Source: Eledone cirrhosa
Lineage: Eukaryota
Direction of reading: 5' to 3'
NCBI GenBank assembly: GCA_964016885.1
Contig: OZ024740.1
Coordinates: forward strand, 308,760,001-308,824,000
Length of the DNA stretch: 64,000 nt
The translations under genes and the position numbers were made by a program. Of the stretch, positions 1-12,431 are shown piece after piece. Position 1 is the stretch's first letter, and each line of letters starts with the position of its first letter. The notes below the pieces were generated by a model. It made no database searches. It was not told where the DNA came from and saw only the letters and a list, made by a program, of their open reading frames with translations.

Positions 1-770
1 GGTATAGAGGTGTGTAGAGAAAATGGAAGGAAGAGGAGAAAGACAGGCTGAACAGAAAATGCTGGTTTAGAGGACTAGACCAATATATGGTTATGGAATG
101 GGTGAAACAAGGAATTATTGCAAACTGTGTAAAAATCCAACAATATATACAAAGAATATTTCAGTTCTAACAGAACAGATTATTTGAAAGTAGTCAAAAG
201 TAAATTTTTAAAGCCTAACAGGTGATAGTGCTTAAGATTTACCACCTGACCAACATGAAACTATGACTTTCTGGAGCAACCTATGGGGAACACCTGTGAA
301 CCACAATGTAAACATTGAGTGGATTAATGATATCTAAAGACAGCTTGAAGAAGTACACAACCAAGATCTAGTTACTATAAGTAGGGATGACATCAATACA
401 CAGAGTAAAAGATTGCTTAACTGGAACTCCAGAAGATGGCATCCATGGTTACTATTATTTTAACACACTGTATAAAATGAATATGTTGGCACAGAATGAG
501 GTGCCAACATGGACAGTTGGCTGAAAGGCTGACCACTCATATTATGAAAGACTATGAAAGTCCTGTAACTGGAAATTACAGACCTATTACCTGCTTTAAA
601 AACTGGAATACTGTCTGAGAAAACATACCATTGCCTATTAACCAACAATTTCCTTCATATAGATTAAAAAAGCAGCAAAGAAAAAAAATCAGTGGGAACA
701 AAGGATCCTTTTATAATGGATAACTCATTGATAGGAAATTGTAAATCACAGAAGACAAACCTGGCCTAGC
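1..770 (+). mobile_element. Decayed non-LTR retrotransposon fragment, R4/Dong-like pre-RT region
   Basis: Broken frames read QNRLF, FWSNLWGTPVNHNVNIEWI, NW..DGIHGY and GNYRPITC, resembling the region just before and at the start of the RT in R4/Dong elements. Many stops. Confidence 0.55.
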
Positions 771-855
771 ATTTCTCACAAAAGGATAACTCGTCTAGTC
801 TAACCTATGCTAGCATGGAAAAATGGACATTAAATGGTGATGATGATGATGACAT

Positions 856-946
<91 letters not shown>

Positions 947-954
947 TGTGTGTG

Positions 955-1350
955 TCATCATCATTGTTTAGCATCTATTTTTCCATGCTTGCATTGGTTA
1001 GACAGGTTGTCATATTATGAGACAACTCAAGTCCAGAGACCACGTCTTGTTCATATGGATCTGTATTTTGGTTTCTAGGCTGGATGCCCTTCCTAACACC
1101 AACCATATTATAATGTTGACTGGATGCAGTGTACTGCAACATTGAAACGACCACCTCACAGGATGAAGTGGATGCTTTTTGTCATATCACTAACACGACC
1201 AACTTACAGGTTGGACTGAGGGGTTTTTGTCATGTCACCAGAACAACCACCTTACAGTGTGGACTGGGTGCTTTTTGTCATGTCACCAGCATGACCACCT
1301 TACAGGATGGACTGGGTGCTTTTGTTATTGTCACACCAGATAAGCATACC
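955..1350 (-). repeat. RTE-LINE 3'-tail / SINE-like repeat with internal ~44-bp tandem units
   Basis: (CAT)n tail, then TTCCATGC and GGATGCCCTTCCTAACACCAACC, plus repeated GACTGGGTGCTTTTTGTCATGTCACC units. Related copies at about 12168-12350, 13020-13180, 45960-46220, 50352-50520, 53740-53965 and 62005-62240. Confidence 0.65.
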
Positions 1351-1708
1351 AGATAGACATTATGATTTTTGTAATGGCAACAGCATTGTGGGAGATGTTG
1401 AATATGTCCAGCTTTCATGGGATGGGCAGGTGAATTGTATCAGGGTGGGTGATAGGCCAGGTAAGCAAGTTCAACATCGATTAGGTGCATGGGATATTTA
1501 ACAGGGGAGAGCGGGTTTTAACGCAGTGGAGAGAGGATTGCTGCAGGCTAGTGTGTCCTCTACATGGTTGTTTATTTCATTTTGTGTACATGAGAGGGTG
1601 GGTGTATATATATGTGTGTGTGTATGTGCGTGAATGTGTGTGTGTGTATGTGCATGTATATATGTGTGTGTGTGTATATTTATATATATATATGTATGTG
1701 TATATATA

Positions 1709-1742
<34 letters not shown>

Positions 1743-1969
1743 CACAAAATATAAAACAATCAAATTTTTGCTTAATGCATTTAAAGCAATTAAATGCATT
1801 AAGCAAAAATTTGATTGTTTTATATTTTGTATTTCTGCTCTGTAATACATCTGATAATTTACATTGAGCTATTTTTCTTACTGGTAATTGGGTAGTACAA
1901 CATACTACCCTTTCGTATTTATAATTGTATATAGTTTATATAAATACTATTATTATCATATATATATAT

Positions 1970-2155
1970 GTGGATTGGCAGTATCAGTGGAGGGTCGGAC
2001 GCCATGCTTTGATGCATAGAGTTACGGCCCTTGCCATTCTGAGTTCAAATCCCGCCTTGGTTAACTTTGCCTTTCATCCTTACGGGGTCGATAGAATAAA
2101 GTACCAGTAATGCACTGGGAAATTGCTGGCCTTGTGCCAAAAGTAGAAACAATTA
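1970..2155 (+). mobile_element. tRNA-derived SINE family A (short variant)
   Basis: A-box-like TGGCAGTATCAG, B-box GAGTTCAAATCCC, body TTTGCCTTTCATCCTTACGGGGTCGAT, tail GTAGAAACAATTAT. More than 10 similar copies in the window. Confidence 0.85.
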
Positions 2156-2287
2156 TCATATATATATATATATATAGTATTTACGTATCGAGAAATAGAA
2201 AAAAAGGGGGGATAGGTGATACATATAGTTATTTGGCAAGTAGCGTATGCCAAAGGTGCTCGATACTAGTGCCGGCATACTTCCCAC

Positions 2288-2343
<56 letters not shown>

Positions 2344-2460
2344 CTGTGTGTGTATATATGTGTGTGTGTATGTGTGTATATATATATGTATGTGTATATA
2401 TATATGTGTGTATATACATATATGTACATGTATATATATATATATGCATGTGTATATATG

Positions 2461-2502
<42 letters not shown>

Positions 2503-3010
2503 TTAATTTTATTAAATTTATGATGTATATCATACAATTTAACTTGTAAGATCTAGAGGGCATGCTAACATAAGTGCATAAATACATACACAAACACGTC
2601 CTACTCACTCTCACAAATAGATACACACATACACTTAAATGCCTTAGTTATATTTATTACCCATGTACACACACATATTTTAACCACATCAGTACATCAC
2701 ATTTAGTGGAAGACTTAAAGCAATTTGCATCAATAATGCCATGAAGCACCGGTTTGACATCAGCAAACAATAGGGCAATATTATTTGAAAATTTGCATAG
2801 ATTTGCATGTGTGATTTGTTTATGGTCTTAATGTTCTGTGTAGCATGTAATTATTTGTCAAATTCCACCCTCACCAACCGCATCTACATTACAGCCACAT
2901 TGCTATAACTTGCAGATGTGTATATGCAAATTTTACAGGCCTACAATGTTTGTAAGGTACATTATTACTACAGTATCCAAGTATAATTTATAAATATGCA
3001 CTCTTTGCAG

Positions 3011-3031
3011 GTGTCCCACTGATGTATACAG
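3011..3031 (+). CDS. ASAP: Candidate 21-nt microexon of the ASAP gene (phase 1-1, (G)VPLMYT)
   Basis: tgcactctttgcag|GTGTCCCACTGATGTATACAG|gtatca. Length is a multiple of 3 and it is open in the phase needed to join exon 9737. No transcript evidence. Confidence 0.4.
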
Positions 3032-3079
3032 GTATCATCATCATCAACATATCATGCTGGTTTTTCCATGCTTGTATGC

Positions 3080-3084
3080 ATATA

Positions 3085-3115
<31 letters not shown>

Positions 3116-3168
3116 TTATATATATATATTCATACACACACATATATGTATCTATATATATATATATA

Positions 3169-3259
<91 letters not shown>

Positions 3260-3308
3260 GTATGTATATATATTTATATATGTATGTATATATATATATA
3301 TATGTATG

Positions 3309-3346
<38 letters not shown>

Positions 3347-3358
3347 TGTATATATCTA

Positions 3359-3407
<49 letters not shown>

Positions 3408-3522
3408 TTATATATGTATGTATATATATATGTATATATCTATATATATATATATATATATATATTTATTTATATATGTATGTATGTATGTATATATATA
3501 TATATGTATATATCTATATATA

Positions 3523-3563
<41 letters not shown>

Positions 3564-3640
3564 TTATATATCTATATATATATATTTATTTATATATGTA
3601 TATATATTTATTTATATATGTATATATATATATATAATAC
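3080..3640. repeat. Long degenerate (TA)n microsatellite
   Basis: About 560 bp of TA repeats with TG/TC/TT interruptions, the source of the YIYI ORFs. Similar tracts at 1600-1745, 2290-2500 and 49980-50260. Confidence 0.95.
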
Positions 3641-3653
3641 ATATCATAATACA

Positions 3654-3865
3654 GGATTGGCAGTATCGGTAGAGGGTCAAACGCCGTGCTTTGCAGCATA
3701 GAGTTATGACCCTTTATGATCTGATTTCAAATCCCGCCGATGTTAACTTTGCCTTTCATCCTTACGGGGTCGATAAAATAAAGTACCAGTCTCGCACTGG
3801 GGTCGATTTAATCGACTTTCCGATCCCTCAAAATTGCTGGCCTTGTCCCTATATAAGAAACCATT
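3654..3865 (+). mobile_element. tRNA-derived SINE family A (long variant)
   Basis: Same head and body as 1970-2155 plus the internal GGGGTCGATTTAATCGACTTTCC segment. Confidence 0.85.
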
Positions 3866-4077
3866 ATATTATATATGTATATTCATATACATACATTTAT
3901 ACATTATATATGTGTGTATATATATATGTGTATGTATATATTGTATATTTAACAATATACGGTATGTTTATTTAATATATATATATACATATATGTATTC
4001 AAATATATTCATACACATACAGGTATATATATATATATATATACACATACACACACGCATACACACACACACACATA

Positions 4078-4949
4078 CAAGGTCTGTTGAAAAGGTATCT
4101 AACTTTAATTTTAGCATAATGACACTAGGAAAACAGAGGTATGCAGAATGGGGTCACATACATTCATGCACCTACATGGCTTTTGGTGAAGTTGCTGGAT
4201 GCATCAGTTGCTGTCAGGTATCCAGTGTGTGAGAGTCAGTATTATCTACTCCTCACATTTTCATTTCACCCTATACTGCCAACATACATCCAGAGTTTCT
4301 AAACTGGAGATAAGACATAGGTGTATGGGTATGACCTGGAAACCAAAGTTCAGTCATCACAGTAGATTCATCCAATGTTGCCAAGACACCAAAAAAGTAC
4401 ATCAGGTGTGAGGCAAAATTAAGGTAATGTTGACTGTTTTCTTTGACTACCAAGACATTGTGCATGCCTCACAAGTATGCACCAGAAGGACAAATAGTCA
4501 CAAAGGAGTACTACCAGAAAGACCTCTGATGTCTTCAGGATGCAGTTTGGTGCAAGAGATTGGATCTGTGGGCCTAAAAAGATTGGTAGCTGCATCATGA
4601 TAACTTATTGTCTCATTTGTCATAGCTAATCTAATGTCAAAGATAGGCATTACATTAATTTGCCAGTCTGCTTACTCTCTGGGCATCTGATTTCTAGTTG
4701 TTCCTAAAAATGAAGACAACACTTAACAGCTCCCATTTTGAGAACTGAGAAAACATCATGCAGAATGAGATGGCAGAGCTGAGAGTCATTCTGGAAGAAG
4801 CATTCCAGATGTGGTGCAAATGGTAGAAAGATTACTGGGTTAAGTGTATGGAGACACATGAGGCCTACTTTAAAGGGGATTAGCTACTGAATCCTACCAA
4901 GTATATATTTTTTCTCAACCTAAGGTTGGATAATTTTTGACAGACCTTA
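4078..4949 (+). mobile_element. Internally deleted mariner transposon with transposase relic
   Basis: TA-flanked imperfect TIRs CAAGGTCTGTTGAAAAGGTATC / GATAATTTTTGACAGACCTTA. Remnant motifs GDKT*VYGYDLETKVQS (GDETW), KVMLTVFFD, HHDN, YS and LFLKMK. Confidence 0.85.
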
Positions 4950-5198
4950 TATGCTAGCATGGAAGATGGACGTTAAACGAAGATGATGATGATGATAATA
5001 TATATAATTATTTTATATGGAAATGGCTTCTACAGAATAGAACTATTTCATTTGTATGAAATCATCAGGATGGTTTCATATGAATGAAACAGTTCTAGTC
5101 CTGTAGAAGCCGTTTCTATATTAAATAATGATGTTTACGCTCTACTAATGTATTGAGTACCTTATTTATTGTGGTTACCCCCAACTTAACTTAGGATC

Positions 5199-5247
<49 letters not shown>

Positions 5248-6639
5248 AATATGTGTGTGTATGTATATGTGTTGGTATGTTGGTATATGTATGTATGTAT
5301 ATGCTTCAGTGTCATTTTATAAGTTCATATTTTCATTTTTTACAGGAATACAAGATTTCATAGATGTATCTATGCAGTTTTTATATGTACATTGCCATAG
5401 ATTTCAGATGCATTCTTGTAGATGTTGTAGTCAATCATGCATTGTTCATGTTTTTACAAATGAATTTCTGTGCTATCCACAGCCTCTGTGTTATTTCTAC
5501 TTGCATCATTGCATTATTTACAGGTGAATTTCTGCACTGTTTACCAGAACAACATCATTAGTGTAACAATGCATTTATTGTAGTGGACACAGAAAAAAAA
5601 AACTTAGATATTTTTTTCTTTAAATTAACACTTATTTTTCAGTTTTTCTGTCTCTGTTCCTCCTCCCACAGATCCCTTGCAACATTGTTGGTATATATCT
5701 CTTTAATGGTATTGTTATATGGCATAGAACCATACTTAATTGTGTTAATATATGATACCCAAATTTGTTTAATGGGGTATAGCACAGAGAGCCATGTTTA
5801 TTGTATTAGTATATGGTACAGTCTCATTCAGTATTATAGACTTCACTATAAAGGAATGATGTATCAAATGATATTAAAATGATATTAAAATGTATGACAT
5901 GCAACCATGTCTAATGTGGTTCTTTTAGATATACTAACAGCTTTAATAATATAATTTATTGCCACATGGCAATAGTTAATGTTATCACAGTATGATAAAA
6001 CAGTGAATATACTGGTATTACATCCTATCATTATTCATGACATCACAATATGACATCTATGTTTAATGGTACCACAGTAATATCTGATCATTTTTAATAA
6101 CCTCCCAATGACATCCCATCATAGTTCATAATATCTCAATGACATCCAACTATATTTTATGGTATTAGAGTATAACATTGGTCAATATATGGTTTTCATA
6201 GTGTAATACTATTGGTATCATGGTATGCTATTCAATGACATTACATAATAGTATCAATGGTATTGTAGGAGGATAATAATAGTATCGCAGTAGAGGACTA
6301 TAATAATTTAAAAAATTAAATAATATGATAGAATGTTGTAGTTTGATTGAAACATTGTGTATAGTGTATAATATAAGAAGGCTAAGATAATGCGAAAAGG
6401 ACAGTAAAATGAAGGTAACAAAAAAGTTCCTTATCTGGTATTTATTGTTATCTTTTTTTCTTTCATCCTAATATTTCGGGACAAAATTCCCTTCATTAGA
6501 GTATGGGGAACTCTCAGAGCAAAACGTTCGTCTATTTGCTTTGAAATTAGATTTAAATTAAAATTAAGAAACTGCTTTCAAGTGTAGTTTTTTATGTTGG
6601 CTGTTGTATCCACGTGAAGCAGGTGGATGACATCAATTG

Positions 6640-7150
6640 ACCTATGTATTATCATGTTGCTTAACACAGATGTTATATTAATGTCAAACAGCTCATCTGC
6701 CTCTTCCTCGACTACAGGCATGTAACTTAAACCATGTGTTACAGGTGTGTCACTCAAGGCACATATTACTGCTATATGTCTCATATCTAACAGACATGTC
6801 ACTCATATCATTTTACAGGCATGTTGCCCAAATTTTCTGTTGCTAAAACTATCCTATTACAAACAAAACCCTTGTTATACAAACCTACTATTTGACTTCT
6901 GTGTTATAGCTATGTTACTCAACTCATATATTACAAACAGGTAACTCAGTTTATGTGTTACATATATATCAATTAACTCCCGCATTACAGATATGTTGCT
7001 CAAATCATGTGTTACAAACAGGTAACTCAGCTTTGTTACAGATATGCCACTCAACTCATGTGTTACAAAAAGTTACTTGCCTTATGTGTGTCACAGATAT
7101 ATCACTCAAATACTGTATTATAGTTAAGTCACTCACCTGTGAATATCTTA
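6640..7150. repeat. Degenerate tandem repeat (TGTTACAGATATGTCACTCA-like units)
   Basis: Recurring GTGTTACA..ATATG..ACTCAA motifs roughly every 20-25 bp. Confidence 0.55.
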
Positions 7151-8394
7151 ATACTCATCATGATCTCAACTTTCCAGCTTCTGGTTACCCTGTTCGACAT
7201 GCCTCTTCTTTCACTCGCTTCTTTTACAATTTCTTTATTTCAATATCCTTCTCACTTTCTGACCTCATCTTTCTCATCTTTATATCTTCTTTCGCATATT
7301 TTCCAAAATTTCCCATCACTCTGAACAGTTTCTTCTCTTTCTCTTTGTGTTTCAGTATGTATGTGTGTAACATGGTTTTTTTTTTATGACTTGGTCAGTG
7401 CCCATTATCATTTTTCAGTGCTTCTGAGACTGGTGAGAGGCATCTATTCCTAATCTTACCCAAAGTGCCATGTAGTGAGAATGAAACTGGGATTCTGTGA
7501 TTGTCTTCTTAATTGCAGGATCATGTTTGCATCCATAACAAACTTCTTGTTAAAGTTACGTTCATGGCTTCATCCATGGTTGCAGTCATGCTATTCCTAT
7601 CATGCCATTCCAGCTGTATCAGCTGAAATGGCATGATATCATGAAACTGATGTGAGTGATATATGCTAGTAAAATCCAAACACTGTCAGTGCTAAACACG
7701 TGTGTATATCACATACAAAAACAATAACAGTTTTAAGGCCATTTTTATCTGCTAAAACAGGGATTAGTCTTGCGAGCCCTATAACAAGCTTCTCCATTTT
7801 GGATTTTCATCTACATCCTCCCTCACCAACCCTCTCGCTTTCATTTCCTTTTCAATCATCTTTAGCCATATCTTTCTAGGTCTTCCTCTTTTGCATTTCA
7901 CATTAATTTCCATTACTCCTCTCCCCCAGTTATTTTATTATATAAACATATATACACGTATATTATATCATCATCATTTAACCTCCACATTCCCTGATAC
8001 CATGGGTTGGATAGGTATTCACAGACTGTCAATACTCAAGCGGGGTTACTGACCCTTCAAATGAGTTAGAGGCCTGCATCTAGTTTACATAGGATCCTAC
8101 ATTCTACCAAGTGCATTTTCTCCACTAGGGAGGTTGTTATGTCTTTGATACAACTGAAGGGTCCTTCCAACCCTTTCTTTGACAAGCTTTCTATGACTGG
8201 GTGTCATTAACCATTTTACAGCATGTACATGTATTTATCATGTAGATTGCTCACATTAGAGAGGTTGTCAGACCATTGACACAACTGAACTTTACAATGG
8301 AGATGACAAAGAACTACAAGAATTAACATGCTGTACCGGTGAAGACTGATCAACCAGAATAAAATGGGACTTGACCTATCTCTGAGCCCCCATT

Positions 8395-8540
8395 AGCACT
8401 TCTTAGTAACTATCCTCACCACTAGCACTCACTAGTAGCTATCCTCACCACTAGCACTCACTAGTAGCTATCCTCACCACTAGCACTCACTAGTAGCTAT
8501 CCTCACCATTACCACTCACTAGTAGCTATCCTCACCATCA
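8395..8540. repeat. 29-bp minisatellite, about 5 units
   Basis: CTATCCTCACCACTAGCACTCACTAGTAG repeated nearly perfectly. Confidence 0.9.
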
Positions 8541-8684
8541 AAGTACACCCCAACCACGTGCCCTCTCCTCTAACACTCCTAGGCCATTCCCAATATGTCT
8601 GGAATATTTCTTCCAGAATGGTTCTTAGCTTCACCATCAAAGACTGCATGACGTCCTCTTGACTCTCAAAAAAGTCAAAAGGAG

Positions 8685-9292
8685 CCATGTCTGAAGATTA
8701 CGGAGCTTGGTGAATAAGCAAAATGCCTTTCTTTGCCAAGAAACTTTAGGTCGGTTGTAAAAAATTAACCAGGGCATTGTCATGATGCAGTTGCCAGTTT
8801 TGCAAGGCACACAGATCTCGTCTCTTCCACAGAACTGTGTACTGATAGTACTCTTTTGTAGCTGTTTGTCCTTCTAGTGTATATTTGGGAAGCACAATAC
8901 CTCAGTAGTTGAATAAAACTGTAAGCATCACCTTGATTTTGCCTCACACCTGATGTGCTTTTTAGGGTCTTGGTGATGTTTGATGCTTCTACTGTGATGA
9001 TAGAGCTTTGGTTTCTGGGCATACCCATACACCCATGTCTCATCTCCAGTTATCATGGTATTCAGGAGCTCAGGAACCTTGTTGGCAGTATCAGTCAAAC
9101 TGAAAATGCAATGAGTAAGTAATACAGCACTTAACATGATGGTTGCCTAACAATGACTGACACATCCAGCAAGCTTGTCAAAAAAAACCACACATGCACA
9201 TGATTGTATGCAGTTCCACACTGCACACATCTCTCACTAATCTCATCACTTTTCACATGAAAAACTAATGTAGGATACTTTTTCAACAGACA
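8685..9292 (-). mobile_element. Mariner transposase fragment, same family as 4078-4949
   Basis: Minus-strand ORF 8928-9137 contains ITGDETWVYGY. TIR remnant GGATACTTTTTCAACAGAC at about 9272-9291. Confidence 0.85.
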
Positions 9293-9736
9293 TTGTGTGT
9301 AAATATATGTGTATGTGTGTGTATATATATATGTGTGTGTGTGTGTATATATATGTGTATGTGTTTATATGTGTGTGTGTGTGTTCATGTAGCTTTCTCT
9401 TTCTTTCATTATATCATTTCTTTTTGTCATTACCTCTTTCTCTATTATTTCATTCTTCCCCTCTCTCTCGCCCTCTTTCCCTAGCCCCCTCTCTCTCCCT
9501 TAACCCTCTCCCCCTTTCCCTTGCCCCCTCTCTCTCCCTTAACCCTCTCCCCCTTTCCCTTGCCCTCCTCTCTCTTCCTCACATCTCTCCCTTTTTCCCT
9601 TGCCCCCTCTCCCTCTCTCCCTTACCCCCTCCCTCCCTCACCCCCTCTCTCTCTTTCCCTTGCCCCCCCCCCTCTCTTCAAGTTCCTCTCACAGCTAGTT
9701 TCTTTTATTGACATGTTGTTTATTTTGCCTCATCAG

Positions 9737-10045
9737 CGTTACTTGCATCAGGTTTGAACCACTCTAGCGTTGGTGGAACGGCCCCTGCACAGACCAACGG
9801 AAGCTTGCTGCACAACGCTGCCTACAGCTATAATCACAGCAGTGCAGGTGGACCAAGTCTACCTCCGCTGCCACCCAAAAAGAAGCCACCAGCCCCTGTT
9901 CCACTGCCATCAACTGGCCATACAAGGAACTGGTCAGAGCCCAATGCCTCTTTCTTGGGTCATCATCGTACACCATCAGACCCGCAACCTCCACGGTTCA
10001 AACCACCCAGTCCTGAGAATCGCAATACCATGCATGTACCTGTAG
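9737..10045 (+). CDS. ASAP: ASAP-family ArfGAP, Pro-rich exon (309 nt, phase 1-1)
   Basis: Acceptor tattttgcctcatcag and donor G|gtaagg. Encodes LLASGLNHSS...PSLPPLPPKKKPPAPVPLPSTGHTRNWSEP...GHHRTPSDPQPP, similar to the ASAP Pro-rich region (HKRTLSDPP-like). An in-phase alternative acceptor would start the exon at 9752. Confidence 0.85.
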
Positions 10046-10397
10046 GTAAGGATTGCAGTCCGTCTAGACAACCATCGCTCTGGCAACTTGCATTTTGTTT
10101 TTGTGCTTTTTTTTTTGTTTGCGTTGATTTTTTTTTTGATATTTTGATTTTTGATTTTTTTTCTGCTCTTTTTTTGTTCTTCTTCATCTCTTCTTCTTCA
10201 AGTTGTTCTTCTTTTAGATCTTTTCTTTGTTGTCTTCATCATTTGTTTTCACATTACACCCTTCTCTATCAACATTGCTTTCTCATTTGCTGTGTTGTCG
10301 ATGTGTGTCTCACTCATAGAGAAACCCTCTTCAATGATCATCTCACTACCACTACTACTACTTCCACCAACACCGAACATCTATGTAGCATATCATG

Positions 10398-10427
<30 letters not shown>

Positions 10428-10431
<4 letters not shown>

Positions 10432-10620
10432 AAAGGTAAACAGAAATAACAACACAATCGGTACAGTATATGGAAGGTATATATTAGGTTAACGTTTGAT
10501 ATAGCAGGAAGAAGGTCTTAACGTTTCGGACGCTAGTCATTCATCAGAAGAAAGAATGAGAAATAAAATAAATTAAGGGGACGGGCGGGGTGGAATTGGA
10601 AAAAAATGTCTTTAGATAAA
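10428..10620 (-). mobile_element. Penelope-like element 3' terminal fragment (pseudo-LTR)
   Basis: Closely similar to 50832-51020, which is joined to a GIY-YIG C-terminus. Carries the CTGATGA...CGAAACGTT motif on the minus strand. Confidence 0.75.
10516..10551 (-). ncRNA. Minimal type I hammerhead ribozyme motif (Penelope type)
   Basis: Minus strand UCUU-CUGAUGA-AU-GAC-UAGC-GUC-C-GAAA-CGUU-AAGA. Stem I is UCUU/AAGA and stem III is the palindrome ACGU. Confidence 0.55.
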
Positions 10621-11253
10621 TATATATATCATATATGCATACATGCATATATGATATATATTTATATCTATCATCATCTGCTTTCAATGCTTGCCTGGGT
10701 TTATGTATATATACATGTGTGTGTATATATATATATATATATGGACAAACATATAGATGGATAGATAGAGTTTACAGGTGTTAACACCATTTTGTTATGA
10801 TGCTATACTGCAATTTATTAATTGAGTTAGCCACTAAGAATAATTGATTTTGTGATTTACTGAAGCACTAATTAATAGCGGTTATATAAGCAGTGCCTCC
10901 ATGGACAATGAAAAGAAGGTACCTAGCTTCTGATGTGATGCCAATGTAATAATTAAAACTGACTGGCTCATCTCTCCTTTTCATCCATGAAGGTATTATA
11001 TAAAATGTAAAACCTGTTTATATTTGTCTACACACAGTTTTAGCTAAAAATCTATAGATTTATTCTATTGTATATTGTATATAATATGTATGTTAAATGT
11101 AAATAAAAGAAAATACATGTAATGGGCTAAGATGTAAAAGGAAAATATAACTACTCTCTCATTTTCTAAAAATATGCATAAATATATTTAAAATATATAA
11201 AAACAATTTAAGTGATGCACAGACCAATATACAAAATGCCTATGGATTAAATA

Positions 11254-11502
11254 CTCTCGGGTCCAAAATAATAGGGGGGAGGGCATAGGTTATTTCCATT
11301 GATTTTCTTAAAAACCAGTATTAGTTGTTTAGTTTACATATTGAGCCCCTAACCCATCCTATTTATTTTATAAAGTATGAGAAAATTGTCGCAAGAATAA
11401 ATTTCACTGGAGATAGATTAGTAAAATTTAATGAGCCGTGGGATTGGAATAAGAGTGGATGGGGGGATAAGCAGCTGGCGACGATTATTCAAGACCTGAG
11501 AG
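11254..11502. mobile_element. Tc1/pogo-like MITE
   Basis: TA|CTCTCGGGTC..AAATAAT ... ATTATTCAAGACCTGAGAG|TA. A longer copy is at 23103-23464 and a partial copy at about 63083-63256. Confidence 0.75.
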
Positions 11503-11684
11503 TATGTAGATATAAGCATAAATAAAGTAACCTGAGACAGGATGAAGTGATTACTCCAATAATTGAATGTTTAGTTTATTTTAGTCACAGAAATAGAAGC
11601 ATAGAGGGCCCACAGTTGTAGGAGTAGTTGAGTATATGTGTATATATGTAACATCCACCTCTTGGTCCTGACCCCTATGTATCT

Positions 11685-11974
11685 AACTAGTCTAAAGTAT
11701 GTCTCAAGCCACAAGGTTCATCAGGCTGGTGATTGTCCTGGTTTCGAGATGTGAAGCAACTGAGAGTACAAGACTCCCCCTTGGACAGGACACTAGTTCG
11801 TCGCAGGGTTAAACCTCCAGCTATTGCTAGGTATACTGGGTATAGAGCAGAGTATACTGGAGCAACATGAAATGAAGTGTTTTGCTCAAGAACACAACAC
11901 ACAACCCAGGAATTGAACCCATGACATTATGATTGTAAGTCTAACACCCTTACCACTAGGCCACATGCCTCCAC
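11685..11974 (-). mobile_element. tRNA-derived SINE family B
   Basis: Minus-strand head GGAGGCATGTGGCCTAGTGGTAAGGG...GGGTTCAATTCCTG, then TGTGTTCTTGAGCAAAACACTT. Another full copy at 25225-25504 (-). Related heads at 12833, 14525, 26725 and 56445 (+). Confidence 0.8.
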
Positions 11975-12400
11975 TATGTATGCATGCACATATATAGATA
12001 TATATGCAGCATGCATATATATATATAAACAAGAGGTAGTTATTAGATAATATAAGTATTTTAAGAAGTTCTATTTTTATAAAATTATTAGAATTTAAAA
12101 GTTTTGTGAGGTTATGAAATAAATTAATGTTATACTGAATTCTTCATCATTTACTATATATATATATATCATCATCATCATCATCATTTAACATCCAATT
12201 TTCCATGCTAGCGGGGGTTAGACGCGTTGTCTGGATGGTAGCCAAGCCTGAGCAGATGACTGTGTCCTGCTCACATTGGCTTGGTTTCTACAGCTGGATG
12301 CCCTTCCTAATGCAAACTATATTTACAGTGTAGACTGGGTGCTTTTTGTTATGACATCTATGCTATATATGCACACACACACATGTATATATATACATAT

Positions 12401-12431
<31 letters not shown>

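Noticed and set aside
2240-2285. GTATGCC...GGCATAC hairpin with ACTAGT, vaguely hammerhead-like
   Set aside because: No CUGANGA or GAAA core.
2939-2956. 18-nt segment between ttttacag and gtacat
   Set aside because: Contains a TAA in the required phase 1 and the donor is weak.
1485-3701. Many long ORFs rich in YIYI, VCVC and THTH
   Set aside because: Translations of (TA)n and (TG)n microsatellites. The same applies to 49844-50326 and to the LSLS/ERER ORFs.
5346-5523. Possible exon after a strong pyrimidine tract
   Set aside because: It would shift phase relative to exon 9737 and the translation is not protein-like.
6465-6505. Minus-strand CTAATGAAGGGA...TCCCGAAA hammerhead remnant (also about 60735-60765)
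   Set aside because: Core mutated or stems missing, so at most dead PLE remnants.
10046-10449. Hydrophobic continuation of ORF 9754-10449 suggesting a membrane segment
   Set aside because: Read-through into a T-rich intron after a consensus donor at 10046.
11900-11974. tRNA-like A/B boxes as real tRNA genes
   Set aside because: They are SINE heads continuing into SINE bodies, and no intact cloverleaf was seen.
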